Of a stretch of DNA of 34,048 bases, positions 11,588 through 22,633 are shown in pieces (within the stretch, counting starts at the first letter, position 1; each line of letters opens with the position of its first letter). The notes below the pieces were generated by a model. That model was given only the letters and a program-made list of their open reading frames with translations. It did no database searches and had not been told where the DNA came from. The position numbers and the translations under genes are program-made. The stretch is from positions 1-34,048 of the forward strand of contig RBNJ01000287.1 of the NCBI GenBank assembly GCA_003990765.1, given 5' to 3'. Origin of the DNA: Jimgerdemannia flammicorona. Lineage: Eukaryota.

Positions 11588-14500
11588 ATGAACAGTATAA
11601 CTAGGATATTCTCATTGAACGTTAATGGGTTATGGGGGGCGGCTAGGAGGAAGTACATCTTTGGCTGGCTTCGTGGTCTGGATGCGGACCTCTTCTTGTT
11701 GTAGGATGTTTGGTATGATGCTGATGTAGATTGACAGGATTGGACTAGGGAATGGGGGAGTGCGGCAGTATGGCAGGGGAAAGTGGGTATTCTTGTCTAG
11801 AAAGGGATGGGGGACATTGGGGACATTGGACATTAGGGGTCACGGGTGGTGTGGGGAGTGTGGAAGAGGCCTGGATGGGGCTCGCTGATGGTTGGGTCTT
11901 GTTACTGCCCGGCTGAGAGAGGAGAGAGGGTAGATTGGATTCGCAGATTGAAAGAGACTGGTTCATTGAGAGAAGTTGGGTTTGACTGTATGGGGGGGGA
12001 CTTCAACATGGTGCAGGAAAAGGAGTTGGACAGAACTGATGGCGGGAGAGGCATGCGAGGTGAAAGTGGTGGGCTGGCGGACTGGTTGGAAATAGAAAGG
12101 TTGTGTTCGTTAGTGGACTCTGGGAGACATTTTTGGGCTGATCGGCGGGTGTATACCCATTGGGCAGCAGGACTGGGCTCTAGGATTGATTGGGTTCTAA
12201 CAGCAGAGTGTTGGGGAGCAGATGTCTGGATGGTGCTGGGAGTTGTATGGTGTCCATGGTCTGATCACTGGGGGTTGCTTGGAGGGGGGCGGTTTGGGGG
12301 AAATGAGGATGGGCCCAGACATTGGTGGCTAAATTCATCCTTGCTGGAGGATAGGGCATTGTGGGAGGGTTGGGAAACAGAGGTGATTGGAGATATCGGC
12401 AGGTGGCGGGATTAAGGACTGCCAATTGGGGATCGCTAGAGAAGGTTGAAGGTGAAGGCTCAGGGGTATTGGAGAGAGGCAGGGAAGGGAAAGAGTACTC
12501 AGCGAAGGCGGCAGGTGATGTGAGCCTCATGGCATTTGGCGGTGCTCATGGAGAAATGGGCAGGTGTGCTGGAGGATAGGGCCGAGACTAATTGGCATAT
12601 TGTGAGAATCCGGCAGGAGGTGGGGGAGCTCAAAGGGGTGCTACAGAGGGAGGAAGAGGAGTAGCTGCAGGGGATGGTGGCCCGCCTGCGATGGCAGGGG
12701 CTTGAGGATGGGGAGAGACCTACCAGGTTCTTGTCGTGGTTGTTGCAAGTGCGACAAACAAGGCAGCAGTGGGAGGGAGTTTTGGATGAAAATGACGAGC
12801 TGGTGGTGGGGACCCTGGCAATTTTGGGCCTATTGCAATCCCAGTGGGGGAACCTTTGGAGTGAGGATGAAGGAGGACTGGATGCTCTGGACATTGAAAG
12901 GCAGCTGCGGGATTGGCACCTGGACCCTGCCATGGGACTTGTGGCGCTGGGGGACCCGGTGAGCGGCGAGGAGATTTGTAAGGTGGTGGCCTCTACGAGT
13001 AAAGAGACAGCCCTGGGAGAGGATGGACTCCCCTGGGATTTTTGGAAGAAGATGACAGGGGTGCATGAGGTACTGGAGGAAATGATGGCTATGTGTAATG
13101 AAGTTCTTCAGTCTGGTGCCTGGATTGGGGGACAGCACTTGGGGCTGGTCTCCTTGCTATATAAGAACAAGGGCAGGAGGGAGGATTGGAAGAACTGGCA
13201 GCCGATCATGCTTCTGGACATGGACCGCAAACTGGTAACGAAGATCTTGGTATTGCAGTTGCAAGGGATTGCACAGCAGGAGCTTGGCTTAGAGCAACGT
13301 GAGTTTGTCAGTAGTCGGTTGATTCGAGATGAGATGGCCTGAGTTCATAGAGTAATTAAAGGTGCCTGGGCTACCGGAGTGGATGGCAGATTAGTATTTC
13401 TGGACCAGGAGAAGGCTTATGATAGAGTGCGGAGAGAATGGCTGGAGGGAGTGCTGAAGTGGATTGGTATCCCCCCAGGGTTCTGAGGTTCATTGATCAG
13501 CCTCTTGGAGGACAGTCAGGCAGTATTGGTCATCAATAGCCACTGGGGGGTGACCTTCCCCCTGGGTCGTGGGGTGCCACAAGGGGACCCCTTGTCACCC
13601 ATATTGTATGCTCTTTCCCTGGAGCCACTACTAGATAGGATTTGGCATAAGATTGGGGGTTTGGACATTTTAGGGGTGAACTAGAAGGTGGGGGCCTTCG
13701 CCGATGATATGGTGGTTGGATTGGGTTCCTTGGGGGATGTTGGCAAGTTGCAGAGGATGGTGGAATAGTACGAGCGGGGTTCTGGGGCCCAACTGAACTG
13801 GCACAAATGCGAGACGTTGGTGCTGGGTGCTGGAATTGTCGGTGGTGATGTTATTGGAAAGGTGGTTCCAGCTGGTGAACCAGTGTGCTACTTGGGGATC
13901 TACTTCTCGGTGTTCGGATATCTTCTTCCCTGAGCATGGTGGGACCATAAACTGCTGGAGTGGGGTGATGTCTTGATGTATTGGGGAGGCCGGCATATGT
14001 CCCTTGCTGGAAGAGTGATGGTGTTGAATGTGTACTGGATGACGAAGCTGTGGTATATTGGATATCATTTGGATTTTCCACCATGGGTGGTTACGAGGTT
14101 GCTGAAGATGGCGAGGTCATGGATTTGGGGAGGGCAGTGGAGCCAGGTTGGTTGGAAGGTGCTCACACTGCCCTTGGAGAGTGGTGGATTGGGCTTAGTG
14201 GACTTTACTAAGCAGCTTTTATGTCTGAGAGCCTGGTGGCTAAGGAGGGTGAGTGAGCTCAGAGGTTGGGAGTGGGTGCCACTCATGCAGAGGCTGTGGG
14301 AGGTTCGATACTCTCCACGTGGTGGCTCTGGTGACCTGCTTGCAATGGTGGCCATGGAAGGGAACTGGAGGATGCAGTTTACGGGCTTTTGGTGGGGAGC
14401 AGTAGATGGTGCTAAGAAAATTGGCCTTCGGTGGTGAGGTGATGAGGACGAGGAGGTTTGGGGACCGCAGATGTAGAGATGGGACAGGCTCCTATTGGGT

Positions 14501-15319
14501 GGTGCTCTGGTGGAGGACTTTCAGCTTGGCAAGGGTCTGGAGTGCCTGTGAGGCCTAGGTGGAGACCTGTGGCCTGAAGCCTGGCAGAGAGTTGGAATCA
14601 GGGAAGAGTGGGATTGGAATAGGCTCTAGCTTTGGAGCAAACAGGTGAGACAGTGGCTGCCCCCCAAGTTCTGGTTGGAATGATGGCAGATCCTACGGCG
14701 GAATGTGATGCTGAACTATCGGTCTGGTCACTTGGTAGATGGTGGGGTATTCAAGTGTGAGGATTGTTTCAATGTTAGTCAGGTGGGAGGGGTGGTACAA
14801 ATGCCTGAACATTGGCTTGGTGAGTGTGAGGTTTTGGGGGAGTTTTGGGGATGTATAAGGGACAGGTTAGGGTTGGGGGCTGGGGGAGAGGAGGGAGGGG
14901 GGAGATGGGGAGAGCTTCGCCAGTGATTAGTGGGTGGGGTTGGGGATGAATGGCTGACCCTTGGCTGGGCCTTGGCTATGTGGATTGGGTTGGTGGGGCA
15001 TTGAGTGCATGTATTTGAGGATGGGCATCGGGTTGGGGTTGGTGAAAAGGTGGCATGGTGGGAATGGTTGCTGTTGGACATTTTGAATAGCTGGTGGTGG
15101 GGTGGGGATATGGGTGGGGGGTACTACAGGGGTTTGGTGCAGTATATCTTCCAGAAGAGTAGTGGAAGGGTTCAGGTAGTGTGGGGTTGGGTGGTGCTTG
15201 GGCAGGGGGAGGTTGAGGGATGGGGGTTGGGCCCCTGGGGCATTGGTTGAGGGAGTGGGTGACATTATATTGTTAATACTATAGACTTCAGGAATAAAGG
15301 GCAGTTCAAGAGACTATAA
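11588..15319 (+). pseudogene. LINE ORF2: APE endonuclease + reverse transcriptase + C-terminal CCHC, disrupted
   Basis: APE motifs MNSITRIFSLNVNGL, GGDFN, SRIDW, WSDH. RT-region motifs WWLNSSLL, GEDGLP, NWQPIMLLDMDRKL, LDQEKAYDRV, GVPQGDPLSP, FADD, LNWHKC, YLG. L1/Tx1-type GRVMVLN and LPLESGGLGL. C-terminal CEDC...HWLGEC. Exact end uncertain. Confidence 0.9.
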
Positions 15320-16345
15320 AAAAAAAAAAAAAAAAAGACCCCTTAGTGAGTACTTTGTCATATATCTCATAAGTTCTATTATTGATAATTTCTAGTAATG
15401 GACCTTCTGGCTTAACTTCCTTAACTGATACTGGGACCTTCATCCATAGGTCTATAAGACTCACTTGCTCTATACCTTTCTTCAGTTATTTCTCCAGAAT
15501 TAGCTACTCTAAGAATGGGTGTCCTCTTTCCAGGCACTCATTTGATACATTACACCCAAAGACTGCTTTCTGTCTAGGAGTGCTAATTGTGTCCTCTTCT
15601 TTCCCCTTAGCTTATATATTCTGCCCTTATCTAGTACTATGGCTATTTTGGCCAACCCTACCCCTGCTCCTATAGAGATAAGTTATTTCATCATAGTGAT
15701 CTTCATAGGTATAGTCTTTTTGATAGTTCATATTCTACTTTCTAAGGAAATTCTGATTGTGATGAATAACTTGATTAGTTTACCAATGATAAATAGCAGA
15801 AGGAACTTCACATATACTCTCTTTATACTCTCCACAAAACAGCCTACTATGTTATAGATGTAATATATAATTCTGGTAGCTATCTTATAGTTGGATTTGG
15901 CCTGATTGAGATTATGAAGATACTTGAGTAATTGAGTGATCACTCCTTTTCTTTATTTCTTTCTTTTCTCTTATTTATCTTGGTTGGTTTCCTTATTATT
16001 GAGAGTATATTGAGTTATATATCTCTCATCAGTCATTTGGTTTTTGAGTGTTGATATTGTTTCTATAGTTGGTAATAAGAATTTGTATATTTTATCTTAG
16101 CTTCTTTTTTTCTTGCTTTTTATATTTATTATCTCTATATCTATAACAAAATAGTTTATCCAGCCCATCTATAGAGTGGTCATCTCTTTGGCCTTTATTT
16201 TATTCTTCTTAGCTAGTTGTTTACTTCACTGGTCTCTTTTTGTTTTACTCATCTTAGAAGTCTTAGCTATTTATTACTTAGATGTAGCTTATTTTCTCTA
16301 TAATGAATATATTCTTACTTACAGCCTAACCCTAACTCTAATCTA

Positions 16346-19129
16346 TAATTTTTTCTTTTGGATAGCCTTGGCTTTACTACCAAAGCTATTCCAAATTAAG
16401 AAAGCAGTCACTTTGATTAGCAAAGCCTCATTTCAGATATATATACTCATTTTTTATTAATTTTTATTATACAACAAAGATTACATAATCTGTATTTTAT
16501 AATTTTACAAATATAAACAAATATCCCAGCTTATTTTAGCAATGTCAGCCATCTCCTCTGTCATCAGTGATGATATATCACTACCTGTCTCTTTATAAAC
16601 TTCAGTATATCTTTTTACTATTTCAAGTATCATAGTATTGGCCTTCTTTCTCTTGGCTTTAGTGAGGGTTTCCTTATAGAAATGTGTAGATTGTACAGGG
16701 ATGTATAATCAATATTGGTAATTTATTTTTACTATATGATATTGAGAATAATGAAAAGATTATAATCTCTTCTAATTCTGATCATGATACTCAGTATATC
16801 TCTTACTCTTCTATGCTCTTGCTCTCACTCACAATAAGTATAGTCACCTGAATACTAGTTTGAGAGTAACTCTTATATGTATAGGCCCTTTAGTTGGCCC
16901 TGATTTAGTCATAGAGATGACTATGATAAGAATGTAAATCTCAGATCTACTGACTCAAGTAGCTGATTTGGCCAAAATCAATGCCCAACTAATGATATAG
17001 TTTGCTATACAATCTGTACCCATCACTCTCTAATCATCTGGTACTTCTTCAGAAAGAACCTCTATCATCTATCTATTACTGCTTTCCTCAAGTCTTCAGC
17101 ACCTCCTCCTACTAGTCCTGCTGTGAACATATGGTCAAAGGCCTAAAAATAAGCAGATGAGCAGACTACTAAAGATACTATATCTTTAGCTAGAGTGATA
17201 TCTTAGGAGGCAACTCCCATAATTACACTAATGGCACTGAAGTCTGTATACCTCAAATAGAGTATAGGTAAGATATTTCTAGTACTTCAGGCTATGCTCA
17301 TGGGTCCTAGTATCACTGGTCTATCTATATTCTCTTCTTCAATCCTCATGATCTACAAATTGTATGCCACTGTATCAAGAAGATTTCTATCAAAGATAGA
17401 ACTCAGGCCTACCCCAAGATGAAAAGAGCTGCTACTGTTGTAGCTCTTTTGTAAATAAGCTACAAGCTATTCTCTCATTTATCACTAACTAAGAAGGATA
17501 TATAGCTATAGCACATCTCTCTCTTGGGCTCTTATTTGCTTATAATACATATCACTGTTGCTTCTTATACTACTACTGAGTATCAGAGAATAATTGACTT
17601 TTATAAAGCTTAGCTCACAGTAAATAGCATAGAGCTCAATCTCAAGATATATAATTATATTGACCCAGCTAACTGTACTGTACTGATTGAGGATGAGCTA
17701 TATCTATAACCCTCCTCCTATATGTACCTGGGCATACTATATATAAAGAAAGGATTCGACTTTATTGATCTTGTATTATGTAATGCTATAAAGGCAGAAT
17801 GAACTCTTGGGTTCTATTATGCCTGATCACCAATAATCAGGCTAGATATCATATATATATATCATTATTAGGCCTTAGTTAGAGTATGGGCTTTCACTCT
17901 TATAAGCTTCCTATCTAACTACTACTATGAGACTTCAGGTGTTAAAATATTCTTAGCAGGTCTTCAATAATACTATTGCTTGGACAGTTGGGTTTTCTGA
18001 CTTTCTCTTACTTGGTAGTTCTATCTTTAGTCTTTCTTTATTCTTTTGTTGAACATTGGATCTTACTATTTATTCTAAGCTTATTTGGATTAGTATAGCA
18101 AGTCTGGCAACAACCTTATCACTCCTCTTAGTGAGTACTTTGTCACATATCTCCCAAGTTCTATAATTGACAAGTTCTAGCAATAGACCTCTTATATAGC
18201 TTGACTTCTTCAACTAGTACTGAGATCTTAGTTCTCAGGTCTATAAGACTTACTCACTTCACTTCTTCCTCTAGTCCTTTTTTTAGGATCAATTGCTATA
18301 GAAATGGGCCTTCTCCTTCCAGGCTCCCATTTAGTATATCACACTCTATAGTTACTTATAGTTAAGAAGAGCTAATTATGTCCTCTCCTTCCTCCCCAGC
18401 ATATGTTTTTACTTACCTGGCATTATGACAACTTTGGCCAACTCTGCCATTACTCTATAAAGATAAGTTTTATCATGCCTATCTCAATAGGTATAGTCTT
18501 TTTGACAGTTCATATTCTGCTTTCTAAAGTAATTCTGATTATAATGATCAGCTCAATTGATTTATCAGTGAGGAAGAGTAGAAGAAACTTTATGGCTACC
18601 CTCTTCATGCTCTTTATGAGATAGCCTATCATACAATAATGCTATAGGCAATTCTGGTAGCCATCTTGCTATTTGGTTCTGCTCTACTGAAATTACAAAA
18701 ATACTTAAGTGATTAAGTGATTATATATTTTCTTTATATTTTTTCCTTCTCCTCATTCACCTAGTTGGTTCTCTTGTTGTTGAGATTGTACTAAGTTATA
18801 TATCTCATGTTAGTCATGATATTTGGGTGTCAATATTATTTCTATAGTTAGTACTGAGCTTATATATATTTTATTTAGCTTCTCTTTTCATTGCTTTTCA
18901 TATTTATTATCTTTTTAACTATTTCAAAATGGTTTATCCAGCCCATCTATAAGGTGATCAGCTCTCTAAACTTTATTTTATTCTTCTTAGCTATTATTTA
19001 CTTCACTGGCCTATTTTTTGCTTTTTTCATCTTAGGAGTCTTTGCTGTTTATTGCTCTGATATATCTTATCTTCTCTATAATAAATAAACTCCTACTTGA
19101 AGCATAACCCTAACTGTAACCCTAACCCT
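16346..19129 (+). mobile_element. Telomere-repeat-tailed non-LTR element, unit B (probable 5' UTR + ORF1, internal deletion, RT C-half, 3' end)
   Basis: Candidate ORF1 from ATG 16542 (KCVDC; coiled-coil-like ISDLLTQVADLAKINAQL). RT remnant LFA-x-x near 17535, LTVNSIELNLK, and intact YMYLGI at 17719-17736. Tail cataaccctaactgtaaccctaaccct at 19103-19129. Confidence 0.72.
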
Positions 19130-21660
19130 CTATTACAATAATCTTTGGTCTCTGATACCATTTGTGGTTTTAAGTGAGCATACTACTCTATTCCTCTCAC
19201 TATCCTCCAATCTTACTCTCCTGCTCTCTCAGTATTTGAGAATGTGATTTTCTATTTTATTACTATCTTTGGCTAATCAAATATCTCCTTATACCTTAAT
19301 AACTCTGAGTACATCTTCTTCTGGCCCTTGGACTGCAGTCTTGGTTTGACCAACCTATAGATTAGAGGGTCATCTATAGCAACTCTCTCATAAATGCCTA
19401 CTGTACTGACTCCTTATATTTTCAGATCCTTTGAGTAATAGTAGGTAAGAAAGATACCCCCTATAGTCTGATGAAAGTCTTATTCTTTTTCTTCCAGATA
19501 TGTATGGTTTGGGGGCTTACTCTTTACTTCTAGAACTCTACCATCATTACTCCTATTTCCAAGGAGGAGGAATTATAACCAATTGATGATTTTTACCCTA
19601 TTGCTCTCACTGAAATATTTTGCTGACTCTTCAAATTATACTTAGAAGTTATATCAAATTCCAAAACAGTCTGACAGAAATGTTGTACTGCCAGAATGGC
19701 TTCTGAACCTGTTTCTTATACCTTTCCTATGTCTTATCCTCAGATAAGATATAGAATAAGAGGTAGGACTACTATATCTTTCTTAACCTTTAGTAGACAT
19801 ATGCCAAGTTCCCCTCAAGCTCATTCTTTCTTGACTTGAGGTATGAGGAGCCAATGTAGCCCTCCTTAGTATTATTTGTAGTCTCTTCAACTACTATTCC
19901 TATCAGATAGTTATTAATGGCCTTATCACCCCTCTGGTCTCCACTGAGTGCAGTCTCTGTCAGAGCTCTCTTTACTCTTCCTGGCTCTTCAAATTTTATT
20001 GACCTTCTCACTATCACTTTTGATAACTAGTTTAAGGAGTATGACTTCTCTATTAGGCTCTTCTTTACTAATAATATTGCTCTCACCCCTTGTACTGCCA
20101 CTGAGGGTCCAAGGATGATTGACTTTTATAAGAATTGACTTATGGTAAATAGTATAGAACTCAATCTCAAGAGTATAGTTATGTTAGCCCAGTCAACTGT
20201 ACTATATAGATTGGGGGTAAGCTATATCTGTAACCCCTCTCCTATGTATATCTGGGCATACTGTATACCAACAAAGAATTTGACTTTATTAGTTTTATAT
20301 TGCAAAATATAAAATATGATAAAGGCAGAATGAACTCTTGAGTTCTATTATACCTATAGTCCTCTCTAATTATTAATAGTCAAGCTGACCATCATATATT
20401 CTTTTATCAGACCTCAGCTATAATATGACCTCTCTCTTCTATGAGCTTCCTATCTGGCTAATACTATAAGACTTCAGATATTGAAGCATCCCAAGCAGAT
20501 CTTTGATGATACTATTGCTTAGATGGCTGGATTTTCCAGCTGACTCCTGTTTGATAGCTCAATTCTTGGTCTCTCTTCCTTTCTTTATCCCATATCAGAC
20601 CTTTGCTATATATTTCAAGCCCACCTGGATTGATGTAATAAGTCTGACAACAACTTCATCAATACTCTTAGTGAGCACTTTGTCACATACTCTCCAGATT
20701 CTATTATTAATAAGTTCTGGTGATAAAACTCTTAGCTTGACTTCTTTGACTAGTACTGAGATCTCTATTCTCAGATTTATAAAACTCACTCACTCTGCTC
20801 CTTTCTCCAGTCTTTCTTTTGAGATCAGTTGCTATAGAAATGAGTCTTTTCCTCTCAGGCTCTTATTCAGTATATTATTCTCCATAGCTAGTTATAGTTA
20901 TAGGAGGCTGATGGTATCCTCTCCTCCTCCCTCTGGCTTATATGCTCTACTTATCAGGCACTATGGCTATTTTGACCAATCCTGCCTCTGTCTCTGTAGA
21001 GATAAGTTTCATTATAACTATCTCTATAAGTATAGTCTTCTAATAGTTTCTATTAGACCTTCTGAGAATAATAGTCATAAACAACTTGACTGATTCACTA
21101 TAATGAGTGGTAGGATAAACTTTATATCTACCCTCTTCATACTCTTCATGAGATAACCTACTATATTATTATTGATATATATAAATCTGGTAACTTCCTT
21201 GGAGTTGGGTTTTGTTTAACCAAAATTATAAAGATACTCAGATGATCAAATGATTATAAATTTCTTTATATTTTTTTCTCCTTCTAATTATTTATCTTGG
21301 TTGATTTCTTTGTTATTGAGAGTGCATTGAATTATTCATCTCATATTAGTAATATGGTATTTAGTTGATAATACTAGTTCTATATTTAGTATTAGACTTA
21401 TGTAAATTTTATTTTAGCTCTTCTCTTCTTTACTTTTTGCATTTATTATTTATTATCTTTATGGCTGTGACAAAATGATTTATCCAGTCTAACTATAGAG
21501 TGATCACTTCTCTAGTTTTTATTTTGTTCTTCTTAGCTAGTTATTTACTTTACTAATCTCTTTTTATCTTTCTTATCATAGAGTCTTTGTCATTTGTTGC
21601 TCTAATATATCATTTCTTCTCTAGTGAATTAATTCTTACTTGAAGTCTATCCCTAACCCT
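19130..21660 (+). mobile_element. Telomere-repeat-tailed non-LTR element, unit C (5'-truncated; RT domain and C-terminus)
   Basis: Transition-eroded RT motifs in the correct order: NSTIITPISK 19534, DDFYPIALTE 19585, QNGF* 19692, IFLNL**TY 19776, SLCQSSLYS 19952 (GLRQGSP-like), FTNNI 20064 (FADDI after G>A), NSIELNLK 20148, YLGI ~20250. Plus-strand ORF 20503-21093 contains CLCRDKFH. Tail ctatccctaaccct at 21647-21660. Confidence 0.85.
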
Positions 21661-21722
21661 TATCAATGAATAAATTCTTACTTGATCCTAACCCTAACCC
21701 TAACCCTATCCCTAACCCTAAT
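21647..21722 (+). repeat. Interstitial telomeric (CCCTAA)n tracts flanking a 24-nt copy of the element's 3' terminus
   Basis: ccctaaccct (21651-21660), then atcaatgaataaattcttacttga (21662-21685), then cctaaccctaaccctaaccctatccctaaccctaa (21687-21721). Confidence 0.85.
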
Positions 21723-22247
21723 TCAAACCAAATTAATTGTTATCTCCCCTCTATTACTCTTGAAGATTTAGTAAGCTTTACTTTAAGAGTAGATAATATA
21801 TTATTATAATAAAAGATATATTAATAAATATTAATATAAAAGCTTTAATTTAGATATTTTCTTAGTTACTAAAGATTCCTCAATTTACTTGGGAATAGTT
21901 TAATATACTTAGTTGGTTGATTAATTCTACTCTTAATATTCTTTTTATTATAAATACTATGTTATATTTTAATATATATTTCTATATTCTTTTATATATT
22001 CTTAATATTAATTTATTTATTATTATATTATAATTGTATATTCCTTACATATTGTGATGGTATAGCCAGATTCAGAGAAGGAAATAGGGAATAGACACTT
22101 GATTGCACCCAGTCCCCAAAGTAGTATAACCACATAGTTAACAGTCCTCAATTTCGCAACTTGCTAAATATTTCACAAAGTGCAAGATTGAGCTCCCTGA
22201 TATAGTATAGCATTTCACAACTGGCAAAATATTTCGCAAAGTGTTAA

Positions 22248-22334
22248 ATGACTCATAACTTAGCCATGTAACCCAGTAACCATCTCATAGCTAGCAAACT
22301 TGTATAAATAACCCAGTATCTTCAAGTGAATAAA
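22248..22334 (+). promoter_or_regulatory. LTR regulatory core: ATGACTCAT (Gcn4/AP-1 consensus), TATAAATA box, AATAAA
   Basis: ATGACTCAT 22248-22256, TATAAATA ~22304, AATAAA 22329-22334. Same arrangement in the LTRs at 28394, 28940 and 33738. Confidence 0.55.
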
Positions 22335-22633
22335 CCTCAGATCAAAATAGTTTAAATCAAAGAGATAGCAAAGGAACTAGTAAGCCTGCAGGCAGATATA
22401 CCTTGAACTCACCCACCCTCCATTGCAACTTCAAGAGACTCTGTGAGAGTCAGAACAGTCAAGTTTTCAAGATACAGAAATCTGATGTACTTTCAAGAGT
22501 AAGCATCTGCTACATTACAACTTGGTGCCAATTGGCTGGTGATTCAAGATGAATCCCTCACTTTCAAGCTGAACAATGAACAACCGCCACCACCCGAACG
22601 ACCATACAAACTGAGCTGTAATACCCAGACAAG

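Larger units (their letters stand above)
9547..15336 (+). mobile_element. Apparently full-length L1/Tx1-like LINE (APE-RT), pseudogenised
   Basis: ORF1 + ORF2, AATAAA at 15293-15298, 19-nt poly(A) at 15318-15336. TSD AGACCCCTTA at 9537-9546 and 15336-15345, extendable to 16 bp with one mismatch. Empty site visible in units B and C. Confidence 0.92.
9363..16345 (+). mobile_element. Telomere-repeat-tailed non-LTR element, unit A (3' part only; split by the L1-like insertion at ~9547-15336)
   Basis: 9363-9546 joined to 15346-16324 aligns with ~17948-19102 and ~20485-21645. Ends ...ttcttactt-acag followed by cctaaccctaactctaatcta (16325-16345). Confidence 0.8.

Noticed and set aside
9653..15265. 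Pro/Ser-rich minus-strand ORFs across the LINE
   Set aside because: Antisense consequence of the G-rich coding strand; no motifs.
15382..19088. Hydrophobic Ile/Leu/Phe/Tyr-rich short ORFs resembling membrane proteins
   Set aside because: Composition is an artefact of C>T/G>A erosion of the LINE C-terminus and 3' UTR.
19790..20789. Minus-strand ORFs suggesting the tandem units are coded on the minus strand
   Set aside because: Ordered RT motifs lie on the plus strand; these ORFs are antisense shadows.
16325..21722. Penelope-like (Athena/Coprina) identity for the telomere-tailed units
   Set aside because: The architecture is similar, but the recoverable motifs (RPIAL, QxGFR, GLRQGS, FADD, YLG) are LINE-type rather than PLE-type.
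22523..22547. Assigning a specific primer tRNA or calling a tRNA gene at the PBS
   Set aside because: The TGGTGCC start is PBS-like, but the copies differ and the spacing to GATTC does not fit a T-loop complement; the host tRNA set is needed.
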